A stretch of DNA of 64,000 bases from Hydrolagus affinis (lineage: Eukaryota): NCBI GenBank assembly GCA_012026655.1, contig JAAILG010001079.1, positions 1 to 64,000 on the forward strand, written 5' to 3'. A model generated the notes under the pieces. That model saw only the letters and a list, made by a program, of their open reading frames with translations. It did no database searches and was not told where the DNA came from. The position numbers were made by a program, and so were the translations under genes. Positions 14,736-27,263 of the stretch are shown here, one piece after another (within the stretch, counting starts at the first letter, position 1; every line of letters starts with the position of its first letter).

Positions 14736-16824
14736 TATGTGATGGTACAAAAATAATTAAGCATCATAAAGAAAAACAAAAGGACATTATGCCCAACCTT
14801 TTCTGATGACCCTGGAATTCTTACATTCAGGCTGTAAAAGCAACAGCAGAAATTGAATAATTGAGACTGTTAACATTGTACTTTATAAACTTGTAGTTTA
14901 TAAAGTAAAGCCATTCAACCAAATGAGATGCCTGAAATAACCTTACTGGTAGCTACTGGTGAGGGTTATGCAACTGACTCTCATATTTATGTAAATATGT
15001 TCTTAACATGAAATTCAAAGATGAATGGCTCTTGACTCTCCCGACTTAGTATTATAATGGAACATCGTTTCACAGAACAGAGCAACAAAGTTTGCTGAAG
15101 AAGCATACAGTCGTGCCAGAAGTCCATGTAGACGAGCATTTGGATATGTAAATGGAGGCACAGACTACTGTGGGCCACTTGGAATAAAATACCATTTCTG
15201 CACTCTGCAATCAATCATTATTTGCTATTTCCAGCTCAGACACTAATAGCAATAATGAAATTCGGTCCACAGTCTCTATGTTCCTGATGCTCATCCTGCC
15301 TATTTGCCAGAACATGATTGACTGCAGTCACGAATGTTATGACTACAGGATTCTCCCTGGAGATTAAAACCTTCTCGTTTTACCAATAAAACTCCATTGC
15401 TTACCTGCTCTTCAAAGAAAAAGATTTACAGAGTAGCTCTGTTAAGATCAACTTCAACTATTTTTTGCTTGAGGTCAAATTTCATATTCATCTGACAATC
15501 ATTTAAAGGCAGTTTCTTTTCATCCATAGCTTGATAACTTAACATACAAATCACTGAGCAAACAGAGTCTGTAATGTTCTGTTGGCAGATTTTCCCTCTG
15601 GTGTCAATCCTTCCCTACTGTGGTTACTTTGCACAGCTGTCTGTGACCCTATATTGTAAGTTAATATGATGATAATAATTTTTCCAACACCTGAAACACT
15701 GTTGATGGGACAGAGGGGGAAGGGATACTTTATCCAGTGGTAAAGCAATTATTTGTTGGTGAAATTTAATGTTTTATTTTTTTTAAAAAAATACTGGGAA
15801 TTATTCTCCTTTTGGTAACCTTAACAACCATTTAGCCATGTGTGCTATAATGAGATTTCCTATTATGGATACATACTGACATATACACCAGCAATAGCAG
15901 GTACATTAAGTACAGTAAGTACAAACAGGAGAATAAGTGCCATTTAATATTATGGAGATATATAATCAGAGCCCTAGCTCAAGAGACTAGCTGTACTTCT
16001 ATATAATATTCAGTTTAGCTATCATATTTCTTTGACCTTATCTATATTAAGTATGAAATAGATGAAAAATCAGATGTTGGATGATAATTTCACTGCGTTC
16101 CCACAATTAACATTTTGCACCAACATTTTTTGATCAGCTGGATGTCTGACACGTGCAGAAATTCATTAGTATACTTAAGAGGATCTAAATATGATAGAGA
16201 ATTCTATATCTATTGTATTCGTGCTACTACATGGTGGTAAGTCATTGCTTTCAATATGTGTGCAATCTGGAACCGATGGAGCTAAATTGAACCCATTGGT
16301 AATAAACATACCACAGAAAAACAAATCTGAGTCTTTTAACATCAGCAACAATAACTGCAAGTTCTTCATTGTTTTGCTAATTCTCAGGTGGGGTGCAATG
16401 AGATCTTGAGATTGTGTAATGAAACTGCCCCTAGGCATTTCCATATGTAGTTCTGCTGCCTTCTTCCTGTAAAGTTTTTGTGTCAATTTCAACGTATTGA
16501 AAATGGAAGATGCGGAAGGGCTTTGAACCCCTCAGGGTTGTGGAATCCGGACGCAATGGACTCCTCAGGCTGTGAACTTCACATGCTGTTCGGTGGGTCC
16601 TTTTGAGACCAAATAAACTGTGACAAAGGGACAATGACACATATGTGAAGCTGCAGGCATATGTGATGTATCTAAGTTGGATTTACACAAAACTCAATAG
16701 AGCTCCCCATTCGTCCTCAATAATGAGAGCTTCAAATAATACCCTTTAGCTGAGGATAAAATATATACCATTTCTGCACTCTGCAATCAATCATTATTTG
16801 GCTATTTTTCTGAACATGATTGGA

Positions 16825-16957
16825 TAGTATATTCCGTGAAGCGCATTGAGACGTCTCAAAGACATGATGAGGCGCTATATCAAATGTAACAACAACAACT
16901 ACAATATTACATTTATAGAGCACTTTTCACATCGGGAGGACGTCCCAAGGCGCTTGC
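16825..16957. mobile_element. SINE tail (+) tail-to-tail with an L2 tail (-)
   Basis: GTGAAGCGCATTGAGACGTC..GCGCTATATCAAATG abuts (AAC)n..ATTTATAGAGCACTTTTCACATCGGGAGGACGTCCCAAGGCGC. Confidence 0.7.
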
Positions 16958-17243
16958 AAGGTTTATTATTGATATTGTAACCAGCCCAACATTGCAGACT
17001 ACACTGTTTTCCTCCCTGAACGCTGGAATGCTGTCTGTGTTTGTAGTACACACACTTGGAATGCGCTTTTCTTAATAAAAAGATTTTCCTCAGCAAATAG
17101 TCAGAGCCCTATTTTTCTCATCTAAGATCTGATTTCCTCTCCCCACCAACCCCCACACCCATAAATTTTTTGTCATCTGAATCAGTAAGTTGCTAAACCA
17201 GTCTTAGAGATGGTGTCCCAATGCAATGAATTTAGATTTTAGT

Positions 17244-17855
17244 GGAGTCTCATAGCTTAGTAATTTGAGCACTAGCAATCGAGAGGACCTGGGATTGATG
17301 GCAGGGTGGAACATTGGGCAAGTTTCCTTACTCCACACGCCTCTATTTACCGAGCGGTAAGACAGAACCCAGTTGTTCAACTCCATCCTGCAGCCCCTCT
17401 GCCTCGCTTCCTCCCTTTCTTCCTTCAAGGCCAATCTCAAGGACCTTCCGCTTCGACCGCGCCTTCGGCTGCCCCACTAACTCTTCCCCCTCTCCCACTC
17501 TCCTTCCCCTTCCCCCTATCCTGACCCTCTCACCCCCCGCTCGGGTCCCAACCTGAACGTTCAGTGCTTTGGGACGTCCTCCTGATGTGAAAGGCACTAT
17601 ATAAGTGCAAATTGTTGTTGTTTTTGTTAGTTGATAGGCGGATCACTTTTTGGGGGTAATAATCCTTTCCAAAAAACAATAAAAAATAACAATAATTTGG
17701 TACTCATTCCACAAATGTTTGTGGGACACTGCTGTGCTCAATTGGCTGCTGTGTTTCGCCCACAAAATTTACTTAACAGTATATTCTTTGAAGTACTTTG
17801 AGATATCTCGAAGTTGTGATAAGGCACTACATCAAATGCAAGGATTACTATTATT
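17244..17855 (+). mobile_element. tRNA-headed SINE (long variant), split by an L2 insertion
   Basis: GGAGTC head, GGGCAAGTTTCCTTACTCCACACGCC, body resuming at 17629, and GATTACTATTATT tail. Confidence 0.85.
17378..17628 (+). mobile_element. L2 LINE 3' end (5'-truncated)
   Basis: NSI.QPL.L..SL..F..KA.LKT..FD.AF-type ORF2 end, C-rich 3' UTR and (TTG)n tail. Confidence 0.85.
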
Positions 17856-17987
17856 AAATTGAATTTACAATCTGCCCGACCACAAAGGTGCAATTACTTA
17901 TATGGAGTATCCTAAAACACTATGAAGCTATTGACTATGCATTATTGCTCATAGTTACCCAGCACCATTTCCTCCTCCCTAACGGCC

Positions 17988-18216
17988 ATGTAAAGTGAAT
18001 TGATTATGTATTTGTGGGCGAAAAGCGGCAGCCAACTGTGCATAGCAGTGTCCCGCAAACAGTCGTGGATTGAAATGACCAATTTATTATTTTTTTGAGG
18101 GATTATTATTAGGTGTGTGGAGTAAGGAAACTTGCCCGGGGTTTCGCCCTGTCTGGATTCGAACACAGGTTTCACGCTTGTACGGCGAGTGCTCTAACCG
18201 CTGAGCTAAGGACTCC
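17988..18216 (-). mobile_element. tRNA-headed SINE (short variant), tail missing
   Basis: Minus strand reads GGAGTCCTTAGCTCAGCGGTTAGAGCACTCGCCGTACAAGCG..GTTCGAATCC (A and B boxes) followed by the SINE body. Confidence 0.9.
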
Positions 18217-19011
18217 ACGTATACGTCAGTAAATGTACTGAGACGTTGAGAATAATCTCTAAGGAATTTTCTGATTAGTCACATGATCCATAGGATTCAT
18301 TTATTGTCTTACACACGCAGAGACCCATCACCACATTTAAGAGAATCCAAACCAGACTGAGACTTTATTGTACGTTTGGAAATTCCTTGTCTTAACTAGT
18401 TGACTCATATCCTCACCAAATTTCCTTTTCCTTAATGTGTGATCGAGAGTGTGCCAGGGAGGTGGGATGATCTGATCACTGGAAAATTACAAACCTTGCT
18501 GGCCAAGATTGTCTTTCTGCTGATCGCTGATTGATAAATTACTGAACTTGATAGCATGAAATTACAATGAACTAACACTGGATAGTCTGAATTTTCAATG
18601 CTCACATTTACACCAGGTTCAAAACGGCACTTGGCCATGGGGAAATGGTAAAGCACATATAAAGCGCATGGTGATGTCTGCTTGCTACCCAAAGACTCCT
18701 TTGGCAGAAATCCTACTCTGTGAAGGCTGAATTGTACGTGCCACTAAGCCTCTGAATGGAATTCCAGAGGACTGATGCTGTGATGGGCCTGAGAGCCTTT
18801 CTAAGCTGGCAGGTGAGCTGGGTCTCGATGCAATACAGAAGAGAGCGGTTAAGATGGGTAGAAAACATGTTTGAAACAAATTCACAAACATGTTTGAAAC
18901 ACATTCACAATTGCGAATGTAAAAGTAACATAGTATAAGGAAGGAATTTACTCGCGAAAAAAAAAGGCTATTGAGGTCTTCAATGAAATAGCTGGCTTTA
19001 ATAGAGAAGCA

Positions 19012-19570
19012 GTGCACAAGGAGGTTGGGTTCACCAGGGAGGTAATTACAGAGATGTGTACATTGCTAGTCTTCAGATTTACAGGCTTGCTTAGTGACCC
19101 AGTTTGCTCATCTCTGATTCTTAAAGTCACAACAGCCATTCATTTTTTTGCTACTGGATCCCAACAGTCATCAGGTGGAGGCTACACTAGTGTTGATGTT
19201 GTGTCCACCAGTATTCAAGGGTGAATAATTCAGCGTTCTGTAAGATGGCAAATTCATTCATTCATATTCACTCATCTGCTGGGTACACCAGCAAATACTT
19301 TGTCTAATACTGATGTTGTCGTTCCATGGCTGACGATGCCCACAAGGAATCAGTCAATCATACGTCAATAATAAGCATTTCTATTTCTTCATTGCACATG
19401 TTATTCAGAATGCCGAGGAAATAAATGTCAAATGTATGATGCCAACACTTGCCACCCACCCAGTCAGTCACATGTACTTGGCTTATTTTGAACAAAATAC
19501 AGTAGCTCTTAGGGGAACTGTAACTATTGCAGTCCTTTGAAGCCATGATTCATGACTCTTTTACTCCTCT
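19012..19570 (+). pseudogene. PIF/Harbinger (HARBI1-type) DDE transposase relic
   Basis: FTREVITEMCTLL..LKVTTAIHFFATGSQQ (19012-19224) and *LLGE / PLKP*FMT (19503-19560) match the Harbinger motifs KVT.AL.FFATGSFQ and WLLGD.GYPL.PWLMTP. Contains stops and frameshifts. Confidence 0.8.
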
Positions 19571-19714
19571 CCCAAACAATGATATTGGTTCCTTGATTAG
19601 TTGTGTGTCTTTCAGTACAAGGTGAAACATTGAAACATTAAATTCTTGGCTCTGACTGAGATTGCCCCACCTACCCCACTCTTGAAAGTGGCTCCTCTTT
19701 CCTTTTATTCGGTA

Positions 19715-19860
19715 ATAATAGTAATAATACTAATCTTTCCATTTGATATAGCGCTTTTCACATCTTCTAAATGCCCCAAAGCGCTTCACAGAATATACTG
19801 TAAAGAGAATTGACTGTTTATTTGTGGTACCATTCCACAGCTGGCTGCCCTATGGCTCCT
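19715..19860 (-). mobile_element. SINE 3' fragment
   Basis: (AAT)n..ATTTGATATAGCGCTTTTCACATC..AAAGCGCTTCACAGAATATACTG. Confidence 0.75.
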
Positions 19861-19879
19861 CACCCAAGTGACAAAAACT

Positions 19880-20330
19880 GAAGTCCTATTCACAACATTT
19901 GTAATCTGTATTTTTGGGGGGTTACATATATGTAATCCATCAATATCCTTGAGTCTCCAAATTATACTTCTGAGATTTCCACATTTATATAGGTTCCATC
20001 TGTTTGGTCTGGCCTGCTTCAAGTCATCTATCCATTCCACCCACCCCCAGTGGGTTTCTGACTGTCCACACTGACTGGAACTCCACTCCAGAGTCCTACC
20101 ACTTCACCCTCTTCCTTACAACTTTTCAAGCCCACCTCAACTTTGACTGTGCTTTCAGTCATCTTCTCCCCTTCCCCGCATTGTCTCCCTTCCCCCACTA
20201 CCCTCTTGTGCTCTTCTCCAACCTCTTGAACTCACCCCTCACTGCCAGTTTGAGTACCTCATCAGCTATGTAAAGTGCTCTGAGACACCCTCCTGATATG
20301 AAAAGGCACAACATCAATATAAATTGTATT
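19880..20330 (+). mobile_element. Old L2 3' relic
   Basis: TGGAACTCCACTCCA..TTTCAAGCCCACCTCAA..TTTGACTGTGCTTTC, C-rich UTR and L2-type tail. Confidence 0.55.
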
Positions 20331-22494
20331 GGACAGAGTGCACACCTTTTCCCCAGAGAGCTACACGCCCTGCTTGCCTAATTCTGAAGAGATTGGATCC
20401 TGGTTGACTAGAGTTAGGGCTTGGGAATCCGTGAATACGCATTGAAGTGTTTCTGGAGTTTAACGAGCTAAAATAGCACAGCAAGCCATCTAGAATAGTG
20501 GCAATATTCCCAACCGTTTTTCCATCTTGGACTATCTTTGGCTTGCTGGAACTGAGTGAGAAGAATCCCAGACCCAAGTGACAACTCCACTCCTCCAAAT
20601 CCTGCTAAAAAGCCAGGCTGTTCCATCATCAACAGTGCCCTGGAATACTGTGGATCCAGGATTAATTCAATTACGATATTCTATTTCAAAGAGTGTCACC
20701 TAGCAGTTAGATCAACTCTAAAGAGACCCATCCCCCAAGGAGGATTGTAAAATGGATTGCAAACTGAATTCAATAAGTTAATTACGACTTCCAGTTTGTG
20801 AATTTCGAAAGCCATTTACTTTGCTACATTTTTCTAACCAGCCTTTTTGTTTGGACTTTTCGGTTTTAGGAGCTGTTTGATGATCTTACAAAGTAAACAG
20901 TGATTACAAACAGGAAGCTGCAATTAGTGCATCAAATCTGGTTTGCAAATACTGTATCACAAATTAGATTCCATTTAGCATTACTTTCTTCCCCGAACAC
21001 ATCCTCAGAAAGAAAGGAGGGATTAACCATTTATGATTTGACCATTCATGACAATAGATAGAAAAAAACGTCTGAATGGCCATTTGTCCATTAACGTTAA
21101 TAGGGTCTCCCAGAGATGACAGATTTTATGTGCAATATAGGAAAGGCCTAATCTCTAGGGATACAAATTTCAAAGACATTTCTGACTCTGAAGAGAAAGA
21201 CTCTCAGCGAATTTTTAAATTGCTGATGTGTTACTGTCTGGCTGTTTGTTCTTAATGGTCTTTTACTCATAATTCACCTTGAGCTCCACGTTAGACATTT
21301 CAGCTGGTGTGGCTCTTTGTACTTTCACTTATCCCTTTTGATATGCCTCGGCGTTAACTCGATGTTTAGCTAATTTTCAGAACGTGACGTGAAAAACTGT
21401 TGCAGTTTGTAGGTCACTACAAAGAACGTGGTCTCTTTAAAAGATAAAATAGGTGTGCTGGGTTAGAACCAATACATCATATAAAAGTGATGTACTAGGA
21501 CTGTTACCAGCTGGGGGCTCTATAGGTCTCTTTGAGTGGAAGAGGGCTGACAGTAACATCCATTTGCAACATGAAAAGAGAATCATACATGCAGAATACA
21601 TATTCACCCTCAATCTGTATATAAATCAGAATGTACTGGAAGTCTGATACATTCTTCTCGAAGGCATGTTAAGTGATTGAATGAAATGCAATTGTATGAA
21701 GTATCTGCTTTGAAATAAGTAAAATATTGATGCTTGTGTCTCATTTAATCAGTAGCAGTCACAGAGACAGTGTTTCTTCCCCTATCATCGATTCGCAAGT
21801 GCAAAGGTGATAAATATTATCTTTATACTGATATTCACTTGACATTTCTGTAATATTAATTGTATTCACATGTCATGCAGTAGGAAATTTGTTTAACATT
21901 CATTATAAATTCTGAGTACTGAAACAATAGCTCCACTTCTCAGTGACTGACAGCAAGTGGCACCTGGGGATCTCACCCCTCTCGAAAATTCTGAAAAGCT
22001 GGGGCACTGGACTTCATAATAAATTGAGAGTAGGAGGAATATTTTTTGAAGATTGCTTATTAAATTGGACAAAAGCTGTCTCCCTTTTGGTGATGTCTCA
22101 AGATGCCCTCTGCCTGCCTGCAAACTGCGTGTGTGACTGAGAGCCATTTGCATTACCCTGCAGTCATTTTTATATCTGAAGGTAATGAAGTTGTCAGTGC
22201 TGCCTCAGTATGGCAGAGCTGATATTCAAATGGAGTGTCCCAGCTGATCTGTAAGCCCCTGTATTACCAACTGAATGATCCAATTATGCGCAGCAACTGC
22301 AGCTTTGTTTCTAGGTAGGCGACAATATGTCTGCCCCGGGATTCGACTGCTACAGCACAATTAATCCTTTGACTGTTAATGAGTGTGGCTATATATGCAC
22401 ACCTATGTGATCCGCACTGAAAGAATACGTATATTTATTTGTATTTGTATGTGTGCGTGTCTCGTGCCTGTGACAACGTTTGTTGCACACTGTT

Positions 22495-22670
22495 TTGTCT
22501 GCCTTATATAAAGACTAACAAAGCCAATGAGGAAATAAAGATTTCAATCAGAAAACCCCTGAAAAGATGAAAAGACTAGCCAATGGGAACTGATTTTGCT
22601 AAAGTACCGCTCTCAATGGGTTTCGACAAAACTGAAAAATGTTGGTAATATCAGATCTATTGGCTGATTA
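22495..22670 (-). promoter_or_regulatory. Candidate TATA + multi-CCAAT promoter block
   Basis: TTATATAAAG at about 22504 (TATATAAG on minus). GCCAAT at about 22524 and 22579, and ATTGGC at about 22659. Unique sequence with no expression evidence. Confidence 0.25.
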
Positions 22671-24905
22671 CTGAAGCGTTCGATTTTTGCAGTGTTAATT
22701 CATCAACGTTCACCTGGTTATATTTAACACTTTCTCCCATTTCCAATGCATATGCTATGGGAGGCAATATTTGTCACATGATATCTGTCTCACAAAAAGG
22801 TCAATGGACCATTGTCGGTCTTATGGCTGCTGCCCCCAGCTGGCTCACTGTGCTGCCTGCCATGGCTGACAGCAGGTGGAGCCTGGGTGTCTTGCAGGGC
22901 CAAGTGGGACTGCAGCTCCTGAAATATTAATGGAACGAGTCAAGCTATCAATAGCCTGCGTGCTCGACTAGCCCTTTCTGCTCTCGCACAACCAAATTGT
23001 CCTGTTTTTAACTAAAATATTTATCCATGTTTTGTCAGCCAGAGCTAACCATGATGACTTTGTGATTTTCCTTAGCAAGCCTTCAACAGTGGGAATCAAA
23101 TCTTGCCTCTTTACCATGCCAATTCATCAGTGGGGTTAAGGCTGCTGCTCGCTGCCACCTTCTCTTGCCAGAGACAAATGGCTTTAAAAATTTAAAATCA
23201 ATCATTAACAGATTAGCTGTTAGTTCAAAGTAAATAGCAATCACCCTATTAAGCATCAGCTTGAGTGTGATAAAGGTGAAGGGTAATTGGGAATGAGGAT
23301 GTTTTTGGTAATGTGCTTATAGGACAGTCCAACCAAAGCTGCTCCTTTGTTTGTTTCAGTAATTACAGATGTAGAGTGCCACTGTGAGCCTACCCAGAAT
23401 ACCATGCCTAACACATGCACACAAACACTATGGTGGCAGCTCACTGACACCTCAGACCTCAATTAATTTGAGGCTATCCCAAACCCATCTAATCCATATA
23501 TTCTGCTGCCAAATTAACCCCTCTGAGTATTTATTTGTAACCTGACAAACATCTCCTCTGTTATTGGATACTTGTAAGGTTGCCGTTGCCTAATCACCTC
23601 ATCCAAGGCGTGTCATTGGTAAAAGTTGTGAGTCTTTTATGACCTAAATTACCTTATCCTTTTCATTGGTAGAGTAGATATATCAACCTGGGTGGGGTGG
23701 GCAGGGAAGTACGTAAAAATTAAGTTTAAAAAAAATTAAGATGAAACCCTTTTGAAAATGTTTTTAAAAATTATCTCAGAATTCACCCACGGAATACAGT
23801 CATTACACTCTACAGTAACAAATCATTTGAAGCGCTTTGAGAAGTCATCTTGATGTGGAAGGTGCAATAATAAATGCAATGATAATCATTTTATTATAGC
23901 AAATAACAAAAGCAGTACCAAGAAACGGTAATACCAGAAGAATGCTCTATTTTCAGCATTCGGTATTAACTGTGGCATACTTGTTTCAAGCTAATAAGTT
24001 TACTTTAATAGTTTTCTATTGTGCTGCAAAACATTACCTTCAAACTTGTTTATAAGAAAATCCAAACTGAGAATTGGTGCTGAGAAATGTGTGCTTTGAC
24101 TATAACATATAATTTTATTTCCTTTGTATAATAATGTTCCATACATCTGATATAGTACCTACAATGCTAAAACAGCTCAAAGCATTTTACTGGTAGTTGT
24201 TATCAAGTGTAATGAGTGTATTTGTGGAAATATAGTAACACATTATTTTTTACTGGAGGGTGTGTTACTGAATTCCTGAACATAGCATCTTCATTTCATT
24301 GCTCCTTTGTATTTGGGAAAATGTGAGCTCTGAGGTGAGAGATGGATTAGAGCTGGGAGCGAACACTCCCATTCATGTCTCAAGTGTTAGTGTCCATCAC
24401 TTTCACGTCAAGTAAACTGTAGTCAGCTGTGTATAAATCTCTGTCTTCATAACTCCACAATCTGGGGTAATATTGCATCTGGAGTTGGACTTAGTGAACA
24501 CATATAACATTTTAGAGCATTCATAATTTGTCAGTTGTTTTAAATCCAGAGTTTAAATTTGACTCTGGTTGCCTGTAATTTGTTTTTAAAGTACCTGTAG
24601 TGCAAGCAATGGGCTTCAGAGTTAAAACTGAATTCAACAATTTGCCAAATTCTTCACATTCTGAAATGTCTAGTTAAAAGAGTAATTCTAGATCCAAGTG
24701 GAATTTCTACCTCAGTTTGACTCCATCTCAAATTTGGAAGAACACCAGTATGACATTTATGTTCCTTGCAATAACCACTTTTCTTTGTGAGATTTCCAAT
24801 CCAAAATAATAGCAGTTTTATCTGCTGTTTCCAGGAGGTGGGGTGAGATTGGTCTCAAGAAATCGACGAAGAAGAAAGGAGAGATTGGAAGTTGGAGTGG
24901 CGAAT

Positions 24906-25357
24906 GAGACGTCGATAAGATGTGAAAAGCGCTATATCAAATGCAAGGATTATTATTATTATAAATCCAACAGCGAGCAGAAGGAGAAGACTTTCACCTC
25001 TTTCATCTGAAACGGATTCAGTGCTCTCTCCTTGCAAACGAGAAGACGTGGGTATGAGATTTGGGCAGAACAGAACCTTAGGTAACTTTCCTTACTACCA
25101 ATGTCTCCTTTTACCAACAGTGCTTAAGAACCCGGTTGTTAATCGATTGGCGATCGCTTTCCAGGGGTAATAATCCCTCAAAAAAATTGGTTACTCAATC
25201 CATGGTTATTTGTGGGATATTGTTATGTGCAATTAGCTACTGGTTTCACTCAAAAAATATACAGTTAATTCACTTTACAAATTATATTCTGGGAAGCCCT
25301 TTGAGATGTCTCAAAGATGTGATAAAACACTATATCACATGCAGGGATTAATATTAT
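24906..25357 (+). mobile_element. SINE tail (24906-24962) and degenerate long-variant SINE (about 25015-25357)
   Basis: GAGACGTCGATAAGATGTGAAAAGCGCTATATCAAATGCAAGG(ATT)n, then GAACCCGGTTGTTAATCGATTGGCGATC..GGGGTAATAATCCC. Confidence 0.75.
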
Positions 25358-25775
25358 TCAAGATGAGAACCCAGGGAGGACCTAACATATTGTGCTATCC
25401 TTTCTCTGTGCCTTTTAACACACAAATCTGACAAGATATAGAATATAACTTGAGATTTTAAATGTATTTAGTCCAGTATTTCAGTCCTTAATGAAAGAGT
25501 GCAGTCAAGGTTAACTAACTACATTGACTTAATCTGATTGCAATATCCATTGTAATTTCACAATACAGTATGTGACTGATTTTAAAGGTGTCTTAAAGGA
25601 ATTTGTTTTATCTCATGTGAATTGATCTAAATATAATTGACAATGTTAAAAAGATACTGAGGAGAATTAAACACTCGATACATCCCGTCATTCAAGACGT
25701 TCTGTGGGGGAAAATGTACAATTCTAAACTGATTGTATCTGTTATGAAATGTCACTTTGTTCAATGCCGATATAT

Positions 25776-26149
25776 TAGTAGCAGCCATCATAATATGCTT
25801 CATTATAAAAAGGGTTTTTATATAACTTGCCTGCGCTGGATCCAGGGTGTCTTCCTATCTGCCATCTGGCTTCCTTTGTGCTAAAAAATGGCTGACGTCC
25901 ATGGTATCAGTTAGCCACTGACATCACTTCCTGTGTGCTGCCCATGTGCTGGATGCAGGAGGAAATGTCTGCGGTTACTTGATGACTTGAAAGTTGGCCA
26001 TTTTTAGAATGGAAGGCTTTCTGCGCATATCCACAGTGATGTAACCAATCACCATGCCAAGAATTAATTGGGCAATCGCGCCTGGTTAGTACGTGGGCTA
26101 GAATTTTATAAAGCCTTGACTACCATGTTATAATGGGGATTCTACTGTA
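25776..26149. mobile_element. Tc1/mariner-pogo (Tigger-like) MITE with internal palindrome
   Basis: The right end TTATAATGGGGATTCTACTG-TA is Tigger-type. The left end TAGTAGCAGCCATCATAA is degenerate. Internal inverted repeat CTTCC..CTAAAAAATGGCTGAC / GTTGGCCATTTTTAG..GGAAG. Confidence 0.5.
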
Positions 26150-27129
26150 TGACTGAAGGTGCTGACTCTCTTTTATCCGCAAAGCACCAGTAAAAATTTA
26201 TTAATGTACAGTAAAAATGTCAGGATCCACTCCCATCAGGAGTGTGTGAGTGTGTGTGTATGTGGGTGGGGGGATGACGACAACGGCAGAGGGAGAAAGA
26301 GGAGGAACACTTTAGCATTATTTGCAAAACAATTTCAACTGTAATATTGTCATGAATCTAATTTCCATATGAACCTTTTTTTGTATGAAGTTTACTTAAT
26401 ATAACATGTATTTAATAGAAACATTACAATTCATGGGGCCAGATTAGTCTCTCTCATATGCTTCCCCTCCAAATTGAGTCAACAGCAGAGGCACAGTGAG
26501 TGCAGATGAACATTTCTCAAAATACATTAATTTGCAGGCTATAAATATAAATAAACTGACTGTTCAGCCATGATACTTTGACACTGCTAATGATAGCATA
26601 CTTGTCTAATATTCTTATGTTCCTTATAGAAGGAATACAAAGGACAAGTTTTTTTTTATAGTGTGAGGATATTCACAATATGCAGTACCACTCAGGAATG
26701 CTCCAGTGGTCAAAGTCATCACACTTTGTGAAATAAAGAACTTCTCGTCTATAGTATAAAATGAGAAAAGGCAATTCTGCTAACTAGCCAGCCTTCAAAC
26801 AACAACAAAAAATTACATTTATAGAGCGTCTTTCACGTTGGGAGGTGCATTGTCATAGAACATAGAACTTTCTCATATTATTTTATTTCTTGAAGGAGGT
26901 GAATAGTTGCATGTACATTTTCCAAGATTAAGTATCGTTTGGAGGAGAGAGAAAGATGAGGTGAGAACTCTTTACTTGATAATTTGGATGTAGCTCATTA
27001 GTTGTGTGTGTTTCATTCAGTTCTATGTTGGTTTGTTGGATAAGATCTTCACAGAAATGTAACCATTCTAACTATGGGAGGGAGGGAGCGAGGAAAGCCT
27101 GTCACTTCATGCATGATCTCTTTACTTAA

Positions 27130-27263
27130 AGTGTTTCACCCACAAAACATACAGTCAATTCACTTTACGATATATTCTGTGAAGTGCTTTGAGACATCTC
27201 AAAAACGGGATAAGTAAAGCCTGATATCAAATGCAAGGATTATTGTTATTTTATTATTATTAT
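27130..27263 (+). mobile_element. SINE 3' fragment
   Basis: TTTCACCCACAAAA..ATTCTGTGAAGTGCTTTGAGACATC..AAATGCAAGG(ATT)n. Confidence 0.75.

Noticed and set aside
15074-15245. GTDYCGPL as a BEL/Pao integrase motif
   Set aside because: Single short motif with no other integrase or LTR features nearby.
15399-15424. Recursive splice site (minus: TCTTTTTCTTTGAAGAGCAG-GTAAGC)
   Set aside because: Intervening AG dinucleotides weaken the acceptor and no host transcript is established. Only RNA-seq could support it.
18863-18910. Short tandem duplications (also about 4461-4486, 45282-45318, 38445-38498)
   Set aside because: Ordinary slippage or tandem duplications with no further structure.
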